Source: an uncultured virus (IMG/VR IMGVR_UViG_3300001460_000019) (lineage: Duplodnaviria > Heunggongvirae > Uroviricota > Caudoviricetes). Taken from it: 20,000 nt of DNA. Both the position numbers and the translations under genes were made by a program. Below, piece by piece: positions 15,222 to 20,000 of this stretch. The stretch is taken from IMG/VR virus record IMGVR_UViG_3300001460_000019, positions 55,416 through 75,415 of that record. One strand, given 5' to 3'. The notes under the pieces are model-generated. The model was given only the letters and a program-made list of their open reading frames with translations, had not been told where the DNA came from and ran no database searches. Every line of letters begins with the position of its first letter. Within the stretch, counting starts at the first letter, position 1.

Positions 15222-15677
15222 ATGCAAAAATGGGAAAGTTACAAAGACGGCGAAGAATATTTTTTAGGCAACAAAGAAACGATTACTGTAAGCACAAGCA
15301 AACAAGGTGCACAGCGAATTAAAGACATAGTAGATGGCGTGTACGAATGTAGTGATTGGAAATGTAAACACTGCGGTGAGAAACACATAGACGAAAGAGA
15401 CTATGCAGACTTTGTGGATAAACAAGAAGAGTACGTTGCAGATGCTGTTGCTGAGATAAGAGAAGCAACAACGTTAGAACAAGTTAAGGAACTGTTGGAA
15501 GAACATTTTGTATACGATGGTATGGATGGTTTAGATTGTATTAACAACAGAGTGGAAGGGGACTTTGATTGGACTTGCGAAGTTGTAACAGAGAACTGCG
15601 ACGGCGATGTTGCTTGTACAAAGTGTGGCAAGTACAACAACGATGACATGGAGGACATTATTAAAAAACTTAAATAA
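15222..15677 (+). CDS. acidic hypothetical protein with two CxxC pairs (putative Zn ribbon)
   Basis: AAGGGA RBS; CKHC and CTKC; Asp/Glu-rich. Confidence 0.8.
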   Translation: MQKWESYKDGEEYFLGNKETITVSTSKQGAQRIKDIVDGVYECSDWKCKHCGEKHIDERDYADFVDKQEEYVADAVAEIREATTLEQVKELLEEHFVYDGMDGLDCINNRVEGDFDWTCEVVTENCDGDVACTKCGKYNNDDMEDIIKKLK

Positions 15678-15681
15678 ACAC

Positions 15682-15709
15682 TTGACAAAATGCACAAGTA
15701 TGCTACATT
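15682..15709 (+). promoter_or_regulatory. early promoter P3
   Basis: TTGACA, 16 bp ending TGC, TACATT. Confidence 0.8.
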
Positions 15710-15736
15710 AATAATATAACAAAGGAAGGAACAAAC

Positions 15737-16165
15737 ATGCACACATTAGTAAAACAACTACAAGCACTACAGCACGTAACAGTAACAACTGACGCTGAGG
15801 ATGACAGAGAAATTTATTACATAAGTGTTAACTTAGGAGGTGGCTTTGCTGGCAACTACGAAGCAGGCTATTGGGGTGACTGTGCTGTAACAAATGACGA
15901 GCTAACGTTAGAGACAGCAATTGACTGTAGTGACGAGTATGGGGACAATGAGATTAGTATATGGGAAGGCACTGTACATTTGGATTATGTAAAAGGCAGT
16001 GGACTTGCATATACTGGCGCATTAAATGACGCAATAAACGAGAGAATACACACACGCACAAACAAGCTATTGGAAGCTGGTGGTAGCGAACAGGGTATGC
16101 AGGGTGAGGACTATTTAAGTTTGGATGTATACTGCAAAGACAAACATAGAAAATTAGTTGCATAA
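15737..16165 (+). CDS. acidic hypothetical protein (142 aa)
   Basis: AAGGA RBS behind P3. Confidence 0.8.
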   Translation: MHTLVKQLQALQHVTVTTDAEDDREIYYISVNLGGGFAGNYEAGYWGDCAVTNDELTLETAIDCSDEYGDNEISIWEGTVHLDYVKGSGLAYTGALNDAINERIHTRTNKLLEAGGSEQGMQGEDYLSLDVYCKDKHRKLVA

Positions 16166-16178
16166 GCATGTGCATGGG

Positions 16179-16202
16179 GGTGCGTTAAAACAACGCACCT
16201 TC
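16179..16202 (+). terminator. hairpin, possible terminator or operator
   Basis: GGTGCGTT-AAAAC-AACGCACC followed by a short T run. Confidence 0.45.
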
Positions 16203-16242
16203 GCTCCCTATTAAAACCTCAGCATTTATTTGCAAAAAGAGG

Positions 16243-16270
16243 TTGACATAATAGGATCCTATGCTATATT
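16243..16270 (+). promoter_or_regulatory. early promoter P4
   Basis: TTGACA, 16 bp ending TGC, TATATT. Confidence 0.85.
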
Positions 16271-16300
16271 AAATATATAAACAATTATAAAGGAGCAGAT

Positions 16301-16897
16301 ATGCCGAACTGGTGCAACAACAATATAGAAATAGTAGGACCCAAAGCAAAGGTCGACAAACTAATCGAAGGTGCTAAGAAGGGAGAGTTCATCAACACAC
16401 TTTACCCTATGCCTAAAGAGCTAGAAGATACTCAAAGCACTTCGGACGATGAAGTGATGAAGAAACAACCTGTAGTGGATGGACACAACAATTGGTACGA
16501 TTGGAGAACAAGCAATTGGTCTACCAAATGGGATTGTGACATCTATGATGGATCTATACAAGAACAAGAAGAGCTGTTTGGCAAAGACGATGGTGACAAG
16601 CGAGTGGTGTTTGGTTTTGATACTGCATGGGCCCCACCGATCGGTGCGTACGAACATTACATATCCAACAATGATGATATGTCAATCCGTGCTGTCTACT
16701 ATGAACCGGGCTGTGACTTTATGGGAGTTTGGGAAGACATGGATGACCGTTGTTATATGTGTAGCGAAGATGCACCAAAGTCAGACTCAGAGTTTTGGCA
16801 AACAGAAGATGGCAAGTTGATAGATGACTACATGGGTTGTGTAGAGAACTTGGCGCAATGGGAAGAAGACCAAAAGGAGGAACAAGCGAATGGCTAA
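16301..16897 (+). CDS. YubB/Api92 (DUF1281)-like ferredoxin-fold protein
   Basis: MPNWCNN N-terminus, WYDWR..NW.TKWD, FDTAWAPP and YYEPGCDFMG motifs characteristic of this phage/plasmid family. Confidence 0.8.
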   Translation: MPNWCNNNIEIVGPKAKVDKLIEGAKKGEFINTLYPMPKELEDTQSTSDDEVMKKQPVVDGHNNWYDWRTSNWSTKWDCDIYDGSIQEQEELFGKDDGDKRVVFGFDTAWAPPIGAYEHYISNNDDMSIRAVYYEPGCDFMGVWEDMDDRCYMCSEDAPKSDSEFWQTEDGKLIDDYMGCVENLAQWEEDQKEEQANG

Positions 16898-17255
16898 CGA
16901 ACGATTTGATCCACTAGGCACATTGCCTGCAAACTTGAACGACCAAGAAGAACACGATCCCTACTATGAAGATAGTAGGGCAATGGTGTTGTCACACTAT
17001 GTAATGGCTGAACGATGTCTACAAGTTGAAGCATCAAAGATATACAATGACTTCAAAGAAGGTGACTATTCAACTCTCACTTATATACTAGAGGGTGGCT
17101 TTAGAGGCTTTCACAAGATGTCTAGGGAAGACCTAGAAGCAGAATATAAGGAGATCGAAGAGCTGTGGTATAAACTAGAAGCAGACAAAGGGCTGTATTG
17201 GGAAGCATATGAGGATGATCCCATATGGAGCATAACTGAAAATGTTGCCATTTAA
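16890..17255 (+). CDS. acidic hypothetical protein (121 aa)
   Basis: AAGGAGG RBS, overlaps the upstream stop. Confidence 0.8.
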   Translation: MANERFDPLGTLPANLNDQEEHDPYYEDSRAMVLSHYVMAERCLQVEASKIYNDFKEGDYSTLTYILEGGFRGFHKMSREDLEAEYKEIEELWYKLEADKGLYWEAYEDDPIWSITENVAI

Positions 17256-17272
17256 TGCGGATAAATTAATGG

Positions 17273-17300
17273 TTGACAGGATTCTATATCGTGCTATATT
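17273..17300 (+). promoter_or_regulatory. early promoter P5
   Basis: TTGACA, 16 bp ending TGC, TATATT. Confidence 0.85.
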
Positions 17301-17332
17301 AATAATATAAACAAATAAAACAAAGGAACAAA

Positions 17333-17533
17333 ATGAAACTTATAATAAACACAATAGCAACATTACTTGTATTCGTAGGTATTGTAATGATGGCAGGTTC
17401 CGCAGGAGACTGTGATGGTAAATGCGTTGAACAGGCTAACACAATTGGCGAGATGCTAATGTTTGCAGGCATTGGACTTACAATGTTTGTTACAGGGTCT
17501 GCTGTATTAATTTCTAACAGAGGAGAAGCATAA
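17333..17533 (+). CDS. small two-TM membrane protein (66 aa)
   Basis: Two hydrophobic segments flanking a loop containing CDGKC; AAGGA RBS. Confidence 0.75.
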   Translation: MKLIINTIATLLVFVGIVMMAGSAGDCDGKCVEQANTIGEMLMFAGIGLTMFVTGSAVLISNRGEA

Positions 17534-17883
17534 TGTCAAAAAAAGAATACGGTAAAGAGAATCCACACAAGGATATCGGTAAACAAAAGTTTAGAGTTAG
17601 ACATTGTTACAATGTTTGGGTAGAATACGATGTGGTTGCTACAAACAAAGACCAGGCAGTTGATGCTGTTATCGATCATGGTGGCATAGAAAAAATTGAA
17701 TGGTTAGAAGGATATCATGATAACGAACCGGTTGAGGTTTATGCACAAGATTATAACACAGACTCAACACAATCATTTGAAGCTGTTAAAGTAGCTGAAT
17801 GTATCCCATACGAAGATAGTGACAGTATTGATTATGAAGACACAGAATGGTCTACAGATGAATTTGAATGGAAGGTAGCTTAA
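17533..17883 (+). CDS. acidic hypothetical protein (116 aa)
   Basis: GAGGAG RBS, TAATG coupling. Confidence 0.8.
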   Translation: MSKKEYGKENPHKDIGKQKFRVRHCYNVWVEYDVVATNKDQAVDAVIDHGGIEKIEWLEGYHDNEPVEVYAQDYNTDSTQSFEAVKVAECIPYEDSDSIDYEDTEWSTDEFEWKVA

Positions 17884-18302
17884 TGTCTGAATTCTATGAA
17901 GTTAAAGATCTCCGTCACAACAAAGATGGCTTCGAGGTCCGTGTAGGATACTTCTATGAAGATATACATCCTAATGAATTGTACTGCGATGAAACAGACA
18001 CAGATGAAATGGCTAAGAGAATCGATGCAGGTTATGATGCATGGTTTGGCTTTTGGGCAAAAGCATATTTCAAAGGACATGAAATGGGTAATGCCAACCT
18101 AGGTGGATTGTATTACAAAGATGATCATGCTGAAAGCATAATTGAAAAGAAAGAAGAGTATTGGTATGATGATGTGATATGGGAAGCCGTAGAAGATGCC
18201 AAGAAGCAAACTGGCGATTTATGGAAACAATTAAGTTTGAATTTTCCGGTTGACAAACTGGAATCCTATGCTACTATTAATAATAAACAAAGGGAGGCCT
18301 AA
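17883..18302 (+). CDS. acidic hypothetical protein (139 aa from the TAATG-coupled start)
   Basis: ATG 17883 overlaps the upstream stop with GAAGGT before it; likelier than 17868. Confidence 0.75.
   Translation: MSEFYEVKDLRHNKDGFEVRVGYFYEDIHPNELYCDETDTDEMAKRIDAGYDAWFGFWAKAYFKGHEMGNANLGGLYYKDDHAESIIEKKEEYWYDDVIWEAVEDAKKQTGDLWKQLSLNFPVDKLESYATINNKQREA
18250..18277 (+). promoter_or_regulatory. early promoter P6 (inside the 3' end of the upstream ORF)
   Basis: TTGACA, 16 bp ending TGC, TACTAT. Confidence 0.8.
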
Positions 18303-18806
18303 ATGGCAACAAGAGCAAGAATAGGAATACAACAAAAGTCCGGAAGAATCATAGCAAGTTATCAACACTGGGACGGATACCCAGGAGGACTTGGCTACAA
18401 GTTAGAAGAGTATTGGATGAACAGCGCCAAGGTCACTAAAGCAATCAAATTAGGAGATGCTAGTACTTGGGGAATGTTTATTGGAGACACAATAGACTTC
18501 GACAATAGAGATGCTGAAACATATGATTATCAAAATGTCTACTATGGTAGAGACAGGGGCGAGAAGAACAGCGGATATAAAATTTACAAAGACGAAGCAG
18601 AATATCTTGCTAATGGTTTCAACTCATGCGAGGACTACATTTATCTAATGAAGGATGTTGGCGACAAGGACTTCTTAGGTAAGCCAACAGGCACTTGGTA
18701 CTATGCAAAACATGACCAACTAGGTTTTGAAAAGAACATGAAGGTGGCTGTTAAAGATCACATCGACATCTTAACTAGAAGTTGTCTTAAAGAAGAGGTT
18801 GCGTAA
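18303..18806 (+). CDS. conserved phage hypothetical protein (M.TR..IG...HWDGYP family)
   Basis: MATRARIGI...SYQHWDGYPGGLG, YYGRDRGE and EDYIYL motifs; GGGAGG RBS. Confidence 0.8.
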   Translation: MATRARIGIQQKSGRIIASYQHWDGYPGGLGYKLEEYWMNSAKVTKAIKLGDASTWGMFIGDTIDFDNRDAETYDYQNVYYGRDRGEKNSGYKIYKDEAEYLANGFNSCEDYIYLMKDVGDKDFLGKPTGTWYYAKHDQLGFEKNMKVAVKDHIDILTRSCLKEEVA

Positions 18807-19006
18807 TGGGACCAATTAAACAGAAGTTCTGTGGATCATGTCAAGAGTCCACAGAGCACTTTGATGATAGACAGTATGCAGAAGATCAAGAACAATGGAA
18901 CTGCGTACAATGTTTCGATCGCACAGGTTCGGAGGATGCACTTAATGAAGCAATTCCATTCAGCGATCTAGATGATGAAGAAGGGTTTATACACGATGAG
19001 TGGTAG
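18806..19006 (+). CDS. small acidic Zn-ribbon protein (66 aa)
   Basis: CGSC...CVQC; GAGGT RBS; TAATG coupling. Confidence 0.7.
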   Translation: MGPIKQKFCGSCQESTEHFDDRQYAEDQEQWNCVQCFDRTGSEDALNEAIPFSDLDDEEGFIHDEW

Positions 19007-19212
19007 AAAGAATTTGACGTGCTGGTCAATTAGTCGGCAGACTTTAAATGCATCAGAGAGGTTTTGACCGTTGCGGTCGGGTTTACTCTTTAAACATAGC
19101 CAACAGATGCGAAGTAGTATCAACCATGAAGGGGTATAGCACTAGTCCCCATAAGAGCCGGGAAGCCGGGATACTTCGAAAACTTAGGTTGATTAGAGTT
19201 CCTTTGTTTAAA

Positions 19213-19249
19213 AGCCTCATAGATCATTAAGGTTTATGGGGCTTTTTTT
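19213..19249 (+). terminator. Rho-independent terminator
   Basis: AGCCTCATAGA / TTTATGGGGCT stem followed by a T run, just before P7. Confidence 0.8.
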
Positions 19250-19253
19250 ATGG

Positions 19254-19281
19254 TTGACAGGTTTCTATAATATGCTATATT
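19254..19281 (+). promoter_or_regulatory. early promoter P7
   Basis: TTGACA, 16 bp ending TGC, TATATT. Confidence 0.85.
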
Positions 19282-19306
19282 ATTAATATAACAAAAGGAA
19301 CAGAAC

Positions 19307-19951
19307 ATGAAAAAACTTATATTTTACTTTTTTACAATATACTTGTTAGCTTGGGCTATTGCTCCTGCTAATGCTACAACAGGTGCTGAACTTACTACAC
19401 AAGCAAAACACATCCTGTGGACAGAATTAGAACAAGAAGGTGTTGATAAGAAATATCATGCAGAGGTTATGTGCCTAGCAGAAAACATCTACTTCGAAGC
19501 CAGAGCAGAAAGTTATGGTGGTAAGGCGGCCGTTGGTAATGTGACTCGTAATAGAGTTGAAGATGCAAGATGGCCTAGCACTTATTGTGAAGTGGTAATG
19601 CAAGGTCCTGTTAGAGAGTCATGGAAAACAAAACAACACAAAGACCTAGCAGACTCTGAAAGAGTTTATTATCCTAAGAAACATAGATGTAAATTTAGTT
19701 GGTATTGTGATGGACAGAAAGATGTTATATGGGCCAACTATGAAAAGACTGGTCAGACAATTGAAGGTAATGCAAGAGCTTGGAGAGAATCAGTACAACT
19801 TGCGATATACATACAAGAGGTTGGTTCAATGATGATCAAAGATAATACACATGGTGCGACATTCTATTATGCACATAATTTGGTATATCCTCACTGGGCA
19901 GATAGTAAAGAAAGAATAGGCTCTTTAGGTAACCATACTTTTATGAAATAA
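19307..19951 (+). CDS. SleB-like cell wall hydrolase (Hydrolase_2 family) with signal peptide
   Basis: N-terminal signal peptide; CLAENIYFEARAE (catalytic Glu), V..NRV....WP.T.C.VV.Q, FSWYCDG, T.GATFYYA...P.WA and G.HTF motifs. Confidence 0.88.
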   Translation: MKKLIFYFFTIYLLAWAIAPANATTGAELTTQAKHILWTELEQEGVDKKYHAEVMCLAENIYFEARAESYGGKAAVGNVTRNRVEDARWPSTYCEVVMQGPVRESWKTKQHKDLADSERVYYPKKHRCKFSWYCDGQKDVIWANYEKTGQTIEGNARAWRESVQLAIYIQEVGSMMIKDNTHGATFYYAHNLVYPHWADSKERIGSLGNHTFMK

Positions 19952-19956
19952 AGTGG

Positions 19957-19984
19957 TTGACAGAAACCTATATCATGCTATTAT
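19957..19984 (+). promoter_or_regulatory. early promoter P8
   Basis: TTGACA, 16 bp ending TGC, TATTAT. Confidence 0.85.
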
Positions 19985-20000
19985 TATAATATAAACAGAA

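Noticed and set aside
15134..15322. 62-aa ORF-track call
   Set aside because: It overlaps two RBS-supported ORFs (15030-15206 and 15222-15677) in another frame and has no RBS.

Overview
Segment of a large tailed (T4-like/jumbo-type, probably aquatic) bacteriophage genome with four zones. (1) 1-4390: late structural genes, namely the end of a tail fibre with a C-terminal intramolecular-chaperone-like domain, a small ORF and a 1135-aa repeat-rich tail-fibre-like protein, with GNRA-loop terminators. (2) 4500-12990: an unannotated Lys-rich 55-aa ORF, an atypical tRNA (anticodon CAG), and an AT-rich enzyme cluster of four radical SAM proteins, a HAD phosphatase, a QueC-like PP-loop ATPase and a nitroreductase, many preceded by the T4-type late-promoter core ATAAATA. 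(3) 12991-14560: a ~1.55-kb stretch with no credible protein gene but dense in sequence signals: five palindromes matching the bacterial NrdR (ribonucleotide reductase repressor) box, three phased TGT-N12-ACA palindromes, a ~9.5-bp periodic TCAA repeat, a multibranch stem-loop and two convergent sigma70 promoters with no ORF behind them. (4) 14560-20000: an early/host-takeover-like region of short, mostly acidic ORFs and a SleB-like cell wall hydrolase, driven by eight near-identical TTGACA-N13-TGn-TAnnnT promoters, plus one antisense promoter. The most striking candidate new system is the non-coding operator array, possibly a DNA decoy for host NrdR and a second host regulator. All calls are by-eye motif recognition; no database searches or folding calculations were run.
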